A stretch of 64,000 bases of DNA from assembly GCA_046760505.1 (NCBI GenBank), contig JBHIEG010000001.1:52023-116022 (forward strand), written 5' to 3'. Under the pieces are notes generated by a model. That model saw only the letters and a program-made list of their open reading frames with translations, searched no databases and was not told the DNA's origin. Numbering within the stretch: the stretch's first letter is position 1; every line of letters begins with the position of its first letter. Both the position numbers and the translations under genes were made by a program. Positions 43,506 through 52,493 of the stretch are shown here, one piece after another. Origin of the DNA: Candidatus Hydrothermarchaeota archaeon. Its GTDB lineage: Archaea; CAYFZR01.

Positions 43506-45125
43506 ATGCGTGAAAAGCCTATACCTGAAGAAATTTTAGATGCGTTTAACAGGTACAGAGGTTATGTATTACTGATAAAGGGAGATCCAGGAACCGGGAA
43601 AACAATATTTTCTCTTGAATTATTAAACGAATTGAGTAAAAATGGCAACGGAATTTACCTCTCTACTAGAGTATCTGGAAAGTATTTATACGATCATTTT
43701 CCATGGCTAAAAGGTGTTTTGTTTGAGGAAAATATATTAGATACGACCAAAGGCTACCTAATCGAGGCAAAAGATCCTAAGAAAGCGGTATTCTACAGTT
43801 CAAAGCCAGATTTTATCAAAACCATATATGAGAGAATACATCATTTAGAAAAACCAGTTACTTTAGTTATAGATAGTTGGGACGTTATATTTAACGATAT
43901 AAAGGAAGCAAAGGATTTGGAAGATAATTTTATAGAGATATCTCGCGATACTGAAACGAATGTAGTTATGATAACGGAAAAGCAAGGTAAGTCTCTTGAT
44001 TATTTAGTAGATGGCATATTAAGATTTGAGAAGAAGAATATAGAAGGGAGAAGAATTAGGTTACTCCACATAGATAAAATGAGAGGAATAAAGATAAGAA
44101 AGCCAAGCTATGTTTTTACTCTGGAGAGTGGTAGAATAAAATGCTTTAAGCCATTCAAGCCATTGGTCTACAGTTTGTGTGGAAAACTATGCTCTGTCTG
44201 CGATCTTTTCATCGATAAAAAATGCAAGGGATGTGTACTAGAAAACGAAAGCAGAGAAGAAAAATGCCCTATATATAAATGCTTGGTGGTTAAAAAAGCC
44301 AAATCTTGCGACAGATGTGCTGAATTAAACTCATGTAGCATATATGAAAAATCCGTGGAGAAATGCATAATATCGGGATACAGTCCTAAGAAATTAATAA
44401 TTAAGGAGTGGGTGTCTACAAAAGATGGCATGACTCATTTTTCATCGGGAAGCGAGGAGTTAGATGCAATTTTAGGGGGAGGATATAGGAGAGGTAGCCT
44501 AGTGCTCATAGACGTTGGAGAAGGAGTTCAAGATCCAGCATATAGACTCTTTAATTATTTGCCTGTAATGAACTTCATTCAGCAGGGAAGAGGCGCAATA
44601 ATATCAACTGTGGGTGGAGCAGACTCTCAAGAAGTAAGGAACAGGATGTGCCGTTTTGTAAGCGAGAAAACATTTGACGAATACGTTAGGGTACTGGAAA
44701 TAAACAATCCTGAAAAAGATCAGGAGAAGCCCTACATCGTTATATTAGAGGACGATACAATAGAGGCTTTCAACGATGCCTGGGTTAAAACTCAGAAGGA
44801 GCTCAGAAAAAAGACAGGCAAGCCGATATATCATCATTTTGGTTTTGACATACTGGAATACAGATACGGAGAGCAATCCCTGATAGAGGAAACCAGCAAG
44901 ATAACAACAATGATAAAGAGCAACGGAGATCTTGGAATCGCAGTAACAAAACCCGGTCTAAAATCCAAACAGGAACTAGCAAACATAGCAAGTGTCCATC
45001 TAAAAATAATGAATATTCATGGTTTCACTGTCTTTTATGGAATACAACCAATTACAGAACTTTATTTAACAAATGTAGATATATCCAAAGGTTATCCTAA
45101 GATAAAACTCTGCCCAATTGTTTAG
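43506..45125 (+). CDS. GvpD/KaiC-like double RecA-fold ATPase with inserted Cys-rich domain
   Basis: KGDPGTGKT, VIDSWD, LDYLVDG, KMRG...YVFTL; Cys cluster; second domain SSGSEELDAILGGGY, YGIQP.T. Confidence 0.75.
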   Translation: MREKPIPEEILDAFNRYRGYVLLIKGDPGTGKTIFSLELLNELSKNGNGIYLSTRVSGKYLYDHFPWLKGVLFEENILDTTKGYLIEAKDPKKAVFYSSKPDFIKTIYERIHHLEKPVTLVIDSWDVIFNDIKEAKDLEDNFIEISRDTETNVVMITEKQGKSLDYLVDGILRFEKKNIEGRRIRLLHIDKMRGIKIRKPSYVFTLESGRIKCFKPFKPLVYSLCGKLCSVCDLFIDKKCKGCVLENESREEKCPIYKCLVVKKAKSCDRCAELNSCSIYEKSVEKCIISGYSPKKLIIKEWVSTKDGMTHFSSGSEELDAILGGGYRRGSLVLIDVGEGVQDPAYRLFNYLPVMNFIQQGRGAIISTVGGADSQEVRNRMCRFVSEKTFDEYVRVLEINNPEKDQEKPYIVILEDDTIEAFNDAWVKTQKELRKKTGKPIYHHFGFDILEYRYGEQSLIEETSKITTMIKSNGDLGIAVTKPGLKSKQELANIASVHLKIMNIHGFTVFYGIQPITELYLTNVDISKGYPKIKLCPIV

Positions 45126-45194
45126 AGTTTCCTAATTGCTCTCAAATAAAAATATATAAAATATTTTTGTAAAAAGAGAGTTTTGGCGTATCAA

Positions 45195-45602
45195 ATGAAA
45201 GTTCATAAAACTGAGATCAGGGTTAGATTTGGAGACACAGATCCCTTTGGAGTTGTTTATTATGTAAGCTACTTTAGATACATCAAAGACGCCCTTGATG
45301 AGTACATCAGGTCCAGCGGTTTTGAGCCAGAGAAATTTTATAGGGATGTTAAGAGGAAGATAGGTTTTCCCATCGTAGAGGCATTTTGCCAATACAGGGC
45401 TCCAGCCAGATATGATGATCTATTGGAAATACATACGAGCATAAAGGAAATAAAAGAAAAATCCATAAAATTCAACTTCGACGTCTATAAAAAAGAAGAA
45501 AAAAAGTTTTTGGCAAACGGATATCTCACGATCCTAGCAATTGATGAAAATTGGAGACCTATAAAGATTCCGGATGATATACGAAATTTACTGACTAAAT
45601 GA
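45195..45602 (+). CDS. YbgC/FadM-family acyl-CoA thioesterase, second paralogue
   Basis: VRFGDTDPFGVVYY, CQYRAPARYDD. Confidence 0.88.
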   Translation: MKVHKTEIRVRFGDTDPFGVVYYVSYFRYIKDALDEYIRSSGFEPEKFYRDVKRKIGFPIVEAFCQYRAPARYDDLLEIHTSIKEIKEKSIKFNFDVYKKEEKKFLANGYLTILAIDENWRPIKIPDDIRNLLTK

Positions 45603-45604
45603 TC

Positions 45605-46579
45605 TTAAATTCCAATATCTCTCGCATTTTTCCCAAGGATGTTTTCTTTAGATTCTAAGTCGATTTCCAGAGATAGTACCCACCTTATGCAGTTCTTCAT
45701 TCCTGTAAATCTATCGCAAAAGCCTGTTATCGCGGGGTAATCTGATCCATAGAGTATTCTATCGGATCCGACTTCATTCAAGACTTTTTTTAATAGATCT
45801 TCGTTGAAAGATGCTGAAATATCCATATAAATATTATCGTTCCTTTTCAACAGATTCAATGTATTTTCAAAATGATTCGGAGGCAAATATGGAAAGTAGC
45901 CTCCCATGTGTGCAAGCACTATCTTCAGATCCGGATGTTGTGCTGCGATATCTCCTAGATGAGAAGGAGAACAGTCTTTAGAAAGGCTTGGAAGTTCCCA
46001 AGGACCCATACCTAAGCCCATGTGGATTAGAATGATTAATTCTTCTTTTTCAGCACATTCATATATTAAACTCATTTTTTCATCCTTAGGATTGAAGAAT
46101 TGATAGTTAGGGAGGAGTTTTATTCCCTTGAACCCATAATCTTTTATCTTTTTGAACTTATTTCTTATGTATTCTTCATCTTTATTTGGATTTATTGAGC
46201 CGAAACCAACTATTCTGTTAGGATATCTGTCCAAAAAATCTTTCACTTCTTCTTCTGGCGTATTTACCAGTGAATGAATTTGTTTTCCAAGATGAAAGAG
46301 ATACCTCTTTGCGATGTCCTTTTCTTCAATGGGAACAACACGCCAGAAGTACCAGAAGTATGATTTTGCCTCCTCAGGGTCAATATCTCTCATGTACTTA
46401 TTAAAATCCTCTTTGTTGGTCTCTATAGAAAGTAAAACTGCTCTATCAACTCCTGCTTCGTCTAAAATCCTGACAAAGTCATCTATCATATTTTCTCTTG
46501 TTTTACCAGGACTAGGGACTCTTGGGGGATGTACATGAGCATCTATTACTTCTATTTCTCTGGAATCGATCTTAATCAT
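45605..46579 (-). CDS. amidohydrolase_2-family metal-dependent hydrolase
   Basis: IDAHVH, GFKGIKL, IHMG, LAHMG, YGSDYP. Confidence 0.88.
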   Translation of the reverse strand: MIKIDSREIEVIDAHVHPPRVPSPGKTRENMIDDFVRILDEAGVDRAVLLSIETNKEDFNKYMRDIDPEEAKSYFWYFWRVVPIEEKDIAKRYLFHLGKQIHSLVNTPEEEVKDFLDRYPNRIVGFGSINPNKDEEYIRNKFKKIKDYGFKGIKLLPNYQFFNPKDEKMSLIYECAEKEELIILIHMGLGMGPWELPSLSKDCSPSHLGDIAAQHPDLKIVLAHMGGYFPYLPPNHFENTLNLLKRNDNIYMDISASFNEDLLKKVLNEVGSDRILYGSDYPAITGFCDRFTGMKNCIRWVLSLEIDLESKENILGKNARDIGI

Positions 46580-46596
46580 GATTTTGATAAAATATT

Positions 46597-47856
46597 TCAA
46601 AATTTATAAGTTTTTTTATCTTCTGTTTCCCACAACATCTCCATGATATTTTGATCTAAGATTCTTATAGATTCTTCCACGTCATTTCTTTCAATGATTT
46701 CATGGTTGTTCTTCAGCGAGCAGATTATAGATATAATGTACAGCGTGTGCAAAATTCTCCCTGTGTTGAACAAACCCACGATGCATGGAATAGGGAGACT
46801 CTGAATCAGATGGTATTGAAATATTGGGTGGTCTATCAGGTAATTAACGTAAAATTCCATCGTAGACTTTGCTTCATCTGAAATTTTTTTAGCCAATATA
46901 TTTTTATTTATTGAAACTTTTTTATCCTTCTTCTTCCCAAAATAATTTACAATCAGTTTGTTATCAGAGTATTTAATTCTATATGGATATAAACCCTCAG
47001 TTCCACTTAAATAACTTGTCTTTTCCAGAAAAGAGTAAAAATCCTTCTCAACGTGGAATTCGTCTTTAAATAACTGAAACAAATCTTCAGAAGCATCTAT
47101 TATAAAAGTAGAATCTTCCCTGCTTGTAATAGGTCCTAGATATTGATTGTAGTAAACTTCGTAAGCCCAAATTCTTTTTCTGAAAGAGAATAGGAAGTCT
47201 TCCTCTTCAAAAGCTCTTCTTTTTATCTCTTTTATGGTAAAAAATATCTCATCAGGAGTTACAAAAGTAATGTACTCGCTGAAATTTTCTATCCACCGCT
47301 CTATTGGAAAAGGCTCCCTTATAATTTTAAATTTTTTCGAGAGTGTCTCGTACGCTCTTTTTGCAAAATCTTCCAGAAATTCTCTCTCTATCGAATTGGA
47401 TTTTGGGTGATTTATGGCAGGACAAGATAAGTTTAGTATTATCTTAAGTTTTCCAGAAAATAAATCCCTCCTTATGCTGAATGGAAATCTCCTACAGATA
47501 GATGGTCTATTTTCATAGATCTTGCATACGTTATAGTTTATCAGGAATGAACATTTTTCGGCTCTTTGTTTTATAAAATAACGCTTCTTGCCATCTCTTT
47601 CTTCTGTTTCTTCCAGAAAATTGTACTTTGATACTATCTCTTTTTCCTCCTCAAAAACCTCAATTTTCTTAAAACGGCAGCAGAAACCACATCTAAGACA
47701 GGTCCATTTCCAGTTTTTAGGAAAATAAGTTTCAAATTCTATTTCTTTCCCATGAACTTCTATCACACCGGTAAAAATTTCTTTTTCATCAAACATCAAA
47801 TGAACAACTAATCTTTTCAATAAGTATCTTTGGCTCTCAGGTAATTCGTTGTGCAA
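46597..47856 (-). CDS. YkgJ/UPF0153 (CxxCxxCC) cysteine-cluster protein, extended C-terminus
   Basis: CLRCGFCC, CSFL, CKIYENRPSICRRFPF, CPA; start may be ATG 47796. Confidence 0.78.
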   Translation of the reverse strand: MHNELPESQRYLLKRLVVHLMFDEKEIFTGVIEVHGKEIEFETYFPKNWKWTCLRCGFCCRFKKIEVFEEEKEIVSKYNFLEETEERDGKKRYFIKQRAEKCSFLINYNVCKIYENRPSICRRFPFSIRRDLFSGKLKIILNLSCPAINHPKSNSIEREFLEDFAKRAYETLSKKFKIIREPFPIERWIENFSEYITFVTPDEIFFTIKEIKRRAFEEEDFLFSFRKRIWAYEVYYNQYLGPITSREDSTFIIDASEDLFQLFKDEFHVEKDFYSFLEKTSYLSGTEGLYPYRIKYSDNKLIVNYFGKKKDKKVSINKNILAKKISDEAKSTMEFYVNYLIDHPIFQYHLIQSLPIPCIVGLFNTGRILHTLYIISIICSLKNNHEIIERNDVEESIRILDQNIMEMLWETEDKKTYKF

Positions 47857-47911
47857 ATACTTTTATGTCATAACCTCAGTTTTATGTTATAAACTCTATT
47901 TGTAACATAAG

Positions 47912-48652
47912 TTGGTGTGTAACTTGATTGTGGAGTACGGAGATGTTGTTAAGGTCAACTTCTCCATCCTACTGGAAGATGGAGAGGTATTCGAAACAAC
48001 TTATGAAGATGTTGCAAAGAAAAAAGGAATCTACGCAAGCTGGAGGAAATATGTACCACTTGTATTCAAAGCAGGAATAGGACAGGTGATAGAGGGATTA
48101 GATAAAGCAGTCATAGGTATGAGAAAAGGAGAAGAAAAATCAGTAAGAATCCCTCCCGAAGAGGGTTATGGGCATATAAGACCGGAATTGATTCAGACCG
48201 TGCCCATGGATATGTTCAGAAAAATTGGAGTAGAACCAATGGAAGGAATGATCATAGATACAAGTGAAGGCTATGCGAAGGTAATAGCAGTAACCGAAGA
48301 AGAAGTCGAATTGGACTTAAATCACCCTTTGGCAGGTAAAACAGTCATTTTTGAAATCGTTTTAGAAGACATAGTGAAAGAAAAAGCAAAAGAACAAGGT
48401 TTAGTCGAGAGAGGGACTTACTTACTTAGAATGAGGAGATTTGAGGAAGCATTAGAATTTTTTGATAAAGCCTTGAATATAAATCCAGAACATGGAGATG
48501 CTTGGAACAAAAAAGGTGTTGCCCTAGGAATGATGGAAAAATTTGAGGAAGCTTTAGCATGCTTTGACAGAGCACTAGAAATAAATCCACAAGACAGAGA
48601 AGCATTGTCCAACAGAAAACTTGCCCTGAGCAGGATAAGAGAAGGAAAATAA
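47912..48652 (+). CDS. FKBP-type (SlyD-like) peptidyl-prolyl isomerase with C-terminal TPRs
   Basis: GEVFETT, GQVIEGLD, IPPEEGYG, DLNHPLAGK, then TPR repeats. Confidence 0.88.
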   Translation: MVCNLIVEYGDVVKVNFSILLEDGEVFETTYEDVAKKKGIYASWRKYVPLVFKAGIGQVIEGLDKAVIGMRKGEEKSVRIPPEEGYGHIRPELIQTVPMDMFRKIGVEPMEGMIIDTSEGYAKVIAVTEEEVELDLNHPLAGKTVIFEIVLEDIVKEKAKEQGLVERGTYLLRMRRFEEALEFFDKALNINPEHGDAWNKKGVALGMMEKFEEALACFDRALEINPQDREALSNRKLALSRIREGK

Positions 48653-48655
48653 AGG

Positions 48656-49057
48656 TTAAACTCTGTAAACAGTCTTGGGATCGAATATTCTTTCCTCTAC
48701 TACTTCCCATACCCCATCTCTTAGTTTTCTGAAGAAACATGACCTGTAGCCTTCATGACAGGCTCCGGTGACCTGTTCGACCTTTATTAAAATAGCATCG
48801 CCATCGCAATCTAACCTTATCTCTTTCGGTACTTGGATGTGTCCTGAGGTTTCTCCCTTTTTCCAGATTTTCTTTCTACTTGTACTGTAAAGATAAACCT
48901 CATTCTTCTTTAATGTCTTCTCCAAGGCTTCTTTGTTCATGAATCCCACCATCAAAACCTCTTTGTCACTTATGTCCTGAATTACCGCTATTATCAAGCC
49001 GTTTCTCTTGAAATCCACTTCATTTAATATATTATTTATCATATTATCATTTCTCAT
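48656..49057 (-). CDS. hisI: phosphoribosyl-AMP cyclohydrolase
   Basis: STSRKKIWKKGETSGH, DCDGD, ACHEGYRSCF. Confidence 0.95.
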   Translation of the reverse strand: MRNDNMINNILNEVDFKRNGLIIAVIQDISDKEVLMVGFMNKEALEKTLKKNEVYLYSTSRKKIWKKGETSGHIQVPKEIRLDCDGDAILIKVEQVTGACHEGYRSCFFRKLRDGVWEVVEERIFDPKTVYRV

Positions 49058-49761
49058 TCAAGAATCTCCCACTCATCCCATGAGATACCTCTGGGAGGAT
49101 ACAAGTTATCGAAAATCTCGCCAATCTTATTGTTAGCGGTTAGAATATCTTCAGAGTCCTTTATATCGGTTAAGGCTTCTGCTATTTTCCCAACAAAGGT
49201 GGATTCGCTGGTTTTTAGAAAACTAAAATCTTCTTTGGAAACTGCATCAAACGCAAGGAATGTAGCCAGAGAACAATAGTAGTACCCATCTCTAAGTTCA
49301 TAAGGCGTTGGGATCAATTTTCTGATTAAAGTAGAGCACCTAGCATTAGCAATGCAAACTATCCAGTATTTTTGAGGGATTAGGTACTTATTTATGTAGT
49401 AGTCCTCTACATTAACCACAACATAAGGTCTGAAAGGCACAGGAGGCGGATAAAGTTCCCTACAAGTTATATGACCCTTCTCATGAAGAATTTGCCACTC
49501 AACAACATGCTTCCAAGGTACATCGTAGTGCTCGCTTGCAAATGCAATTGAGAGTTCTGCATTATCAATGCTAAAGTAGATAATATTCTCCTTAAGATTG
49601 ATACATGTAGTGTAAGCTGTTTTGACTTCTATGGGGTATGCTATTTTCTTTGCATGCTCAAATATTTCTTTTTGGGTTACCCCCAAGGGTTCTACGTGTT
49701 CGAATCTTATGTGCTCCGTGTTTCCCCTTTCAGTGATTTTTCCGCAAACCACGCAACGCAT
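49054..49761 (-). CDS. hypothetical: C2H2-type zinc finger plus HExxH zincin-like domain
   Basis: CVVC...EHIRFEH; ILHEKGH...VEDYYIN. Confidence 0.55.
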   Translation of the reverse strand: MRCVVCGKITERGNTEHIRFEHVEPLGVTQKEIFEHAKKIAYPIEVKTAYTTCINLKENIIYFSIDNAELSIAFASEHYDVPWKHVVEWQILHEKGHITCRELYPPPVPFRPYVVVNVEDYYINKYLIPQKYWIVCIANARCSTLIRKLIPTPYELRDGYYYCSLATFLAFDAVSKEDFSFLKTSESTFVGKIAEALTDIKDSEDILTANNKIGEIFDNLYPPRGISWDEWEILE

Positions 49762-49785
49762 CTAATTCCCCGAATTGTTTTTGAT

Positions 49786-50025
49786 TTAACCTCTACTCTG
49801 GAGATTCCTTAATTTTTCTACACAATTATCACACACAATTATTCTCTCGCCTTCAAAGTAAATTGGGTAGAGCTTCGTTACCTCCTCCTTACATAGTTCG
49901 CATTCCATAGATATCTTCAATTCCTCAACACATTTAATACATACCAGTAAATTTTTAGATTCCTTTTTTACAAGATGTAATACATTTGCAGGGCCCTTAC
50001 ACCAATCACATTTATAGTGTCTCAT
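49786..50025 (-). CDS. small protein with two tandem C4 zinc fingers
   Basis: CDWC..CIKC and CELC..CDNC; SD GGAGG. Confidence 0.7.
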   Translation of the reverse strand: MRHYKCDWCKGPANVLHLVKKESKNLLVCIKCVEELKISMECELCKEEVTKLYPIYFEGERIIVCDNCVEKLRNLQSRG

Positions 50026-50049
50026 TTTTGCCTCCGTTTGTTAACTTGA

Positions 50050-51252
50050 TTAAGGTCCTATGTGTCCTAGTGGGGTTTGAGCGATTACTACCTTTAAACC
50101 TACACCGTTTAATATATTTTTTATCTCCACCATTTCTTTGAAACTCGGTCTTTTTAGCCATGTTCTTCTGAACTCTGGTCTGTAATCCAAAACACATACC
50201 TGAATATCCTCTTTGATCTTAAAAATTTTCTCTCCCATATTCGCTATTTCTTCTTTTGAAATCAGTTCTCTATTATAAGGTACTCCGATTCCCGTAAAGA
50301 CTTCGTCAGAATAATTATCTACCAAATACTTTACCGAATCCCACGCATTTTTCATGTATTCTCTAGCAAGTTTCTTGTCTTTTACATTGGTGATGTGCAT
50401 GAACGTCTCGAGTTCTAAAGCCTTTAGGTCTACTCCTATGTCTGTCATTCCCGATTGTACCAGTTCATCGATATAGCCTCTTTCGAGCAAGGATCCATTT
50501 GTATCTACGTGAAGTCTTACATCTTTATCAAAATCTCTCATCCGAGAAAGAGTCGATAGGAGCCAATTCCGATTTAAAGTACATTCCCCTCCCGAAAGAG
50601 CAATTCTATTCACTCCATATAAACTTTTTAGCATTATTAAGGTGCTAGCGTTTCTTTCTGGATCTACGGCTTTGCCATAGGTAAAGGCAATGTTATGGTT
50701 TTGGCACTGACCGCAGTGAAAATTACATCCGTGACAAAAGCCTGCGACTTCAATAATGCCTTTACCTTTTAGATCATGAGGAGTTCCAACTCCTCCTACT
50801 TCGTGAGGAAAATATCCGGATACCACTCTTAGCATAGGTTCTTCAATTATTTCTATTTCCATATTTTCATCTACCCTTGTGATACAAGAAGGCATCACAC
50901 TATTGTTTATTTTCACCGCACAGCAAAAACATCCCCCCACATCGCATGGAGAAAAGATTCCCTTCCCAGGATATCTTGAAAACGAATATCCAAGAGTTTT
51001 TAAGGCTTCTCTCACTGGTATTCTCTCTGGAACTTCCTTTTCTATTCCATTTATTCTGATCTTTATTTTTTTTCTTTCTCTTTCATCCTTGACGAAGTAC
51101 CTAGCCTCTTTAGGGCATGCTTTTATGCATGCTCCACAGGCATAACAATCAAGTTTACACAAAAATCTCGAACATATGTTGCAGTTGATGCATTTATCCT
51201 TGTCTCTCTCCGCTCTATATGAATCTTTGTATTCGGTCATATGAGTCTTCAT
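50050..51252 (-). CDS. radical SAM protein with N-terminal 4Fe-4S and 2Fe-2S-like domains
   Basis: CINCNIC, CYACGACIKACP, CDVGGCFCC...SC, GCNFHCGQCQN, SGGECT, DTNG. Confidence 0.85.
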   Translation of the reverse strand: MKTHMTEYKDSYRAERDKDKCINCNICSRFLCKLDCYACGACIKACPKEARYFVKDERERKKIKIRINGIEKEVPERIPVREALKTLGYSFSRYPGKGIFSPCDVGGCFCCAVKINNSVMPSCITRVDENMEIEIIEEPMLRVVSGYFPHEVGGVGTPHDLKGKGIIEVAGFCHGCNFHCGQCQNHNIAFTYGKAVDPERNASTLIMLKSLYGVNRIALSGGECTLNRNWLLSTLSRMRDFDKDVRLHVDTNGSLLERGYIDELVQSGMTDIGVDLKALELETFMHITNVKDKKLAREYMKNAWDSVKYLVDNYSDEVFTGIGVPYNRELISKEEIANMGEKIFKIKEDIQVCVLDYRPEFRRTWLKRPSFKEMVEIKNILNGVGLKVVIAQTPLGHIGP

Positions 51253-51261
51253 CTTACATTC

Positions 51262-52122
51262 CTAATCAACAACGTTGAAGAGCTTTTTCTCCCCCAAATA
51301 TTTTTCTATAATCTCCTTTTGATCCGCTGTTACCTTTGTATTTCCGTATAAAGCGTATCCTAGGTTTAATGCATCTTTTAGGTTCTTTGCGCCCACAAGA
51401 TTTGCTTTCATAAGGTTTGCTCCCATAAGATTTACTTTCCTAAGATTGGCATTGCTTAAATCGGATTCCATGAGATTGGCCTCTCTTAAAAAAACATTAC
51501 TGAGATCTGCCTCGCTGAGGATGCTGCCAGCCAGATTTGCTTTCCACAGATTGGACTCACTAAGATTTGCTCTAGTAAGATTTGCTCTCCATAGATTGGC
51601 TCCAGATAGGTATGCTTTAGTGAGATTGGCCTCCCATAGGTTGGCTCTCCATAAGTTTGCTTCCATTAGATTGGCCTTCATAAGGTTTGCTCTGGTTAGA
51701 TCTGCCTTATTGAGGTCTGCTTCGTTGAGATCTGCCTCGCTAAGATCTGCTTCCCAGAGGTTTGCCTCCATAAGGTTTGCCCGGTAAAGATAAGCTTTGC
51801 TTAATTTTGCTTCCATGAGCCTTGACCCGGCAAAACGTGCTTTTGCAAGGTTTGCCCCGCTAAAGTCTGCTTCACCAAGAAAAGATTCAGATGCTTTAAG
51901 AAATGGCAGTTGTATATTGCTCGCCTTTACACCCTTCAAGACTGAGCCTTCGATGTTTATTCCTGCTTCCACAGAAGATATTGTCCTCAAGTATGCATTG
52001 AGCATATCGAAATCCTTGTGACCAGATATATCGCAATCACTTAAATCAATGCCACAAAAATCCTTTTCTCCACTGAGAACCCTCTTGTAAAACTCATCGA
52101 GCGTTATCTTTTTAATTCTCAT
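51262..52122 (-). CDS. pentapeptide-repeat protein
   Basis: Long A(N/D)Lxx array (ANLME ANLWE ADLSE ADLNE...). Confidence 0.92.
   Translation of the reverse strand: MRIKKITLDEFYKRVLSGEKDFCGIDLSDCDISGHKDFDMLNAYLRTISSVEAGINIEGSVLKGVKASNIQLPFLKASESFLGEADFSGANLAKARFAGSRLMEAKLSKAYLYRANLMEANLWEADLSEADLNEADLNKADLTRANLMKANLMEANLWRANLWEANLTKAYLSGANLWRANLTRANLSESNLWKANLAGSILSEADLSNVFLREANLMESDLSNANLRKVNLMGANLMKANLVGAKNLKDALNLGYALYGNTKVTADQKEIIEKYLGEKKLFNVVD
51395..51870. repeat. 15-nt-period degenerate coding tandem repeat (pentapeptide array)
   Basis: Recurrent AGATTTGC/AGGTTTGC/AGATCTGC/AGATTGGC units every 15 nt. Confidence 0.8.
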
Positions 52123-52174
52123 TAATCACACACTCAAATACATTATGAGTGAAACTCCATTACGTGAAACTGCA

Positions 52175-52408
52175 TCATAGATAAATGTTCTCCTTCTGGG
52201 AGAAGGTTTCTATGTATGTGCTGTACATTTCCCTGAGACAGAGTTCTCTGTACCTTTTGGCTTCCTCGCAACTTCCGTCGATTTCAATTGCTTTGTTGAA
52301 GCAAATTAAAGCCTCTCTGTATTTTTTTGAATCTAGCAGATTCTTTCCTTTTTTAATCCATTCGGAAGGTAGATTATTCTTTTTGAGACCTTTTATCTTA
52401 TCTTCCAT
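52175..52408 (-). CDS. small single-TPR protein
   Basis: WIKKGKNLLDSKKYREALICFNKAIEID. Confidence 0.7.
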   Translation of the reverse strand: MEDKIKGLKKNNLPSEWIKKGKNLLDSKKYREALICFNKAIEIDGSCEEAKRYRELCLREMYSTYIETFSQKENIYL

Positions 52409-52493
52409 TCCTTTATGAAGATGTTAAAGAACTAACTTAAATACTTATAAGATAAGGTCCTAGAAATTTCATACTAAAAGACTCGGGATAAAG

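Noticed and set aside
43506-45125. Gas vesicle or circadian clock system
   Set aside because: No gvpA/gvpE or kaiA/kaiB nearby; GvpD/KaiC-like ATPases are widespread in archaea without these functions.
51446-52021. Plus-strand repetitive ORFs (RFAL/RSAS repeats)
   Set aside because: Antisense reading of the pentapeptide-repeat gene.
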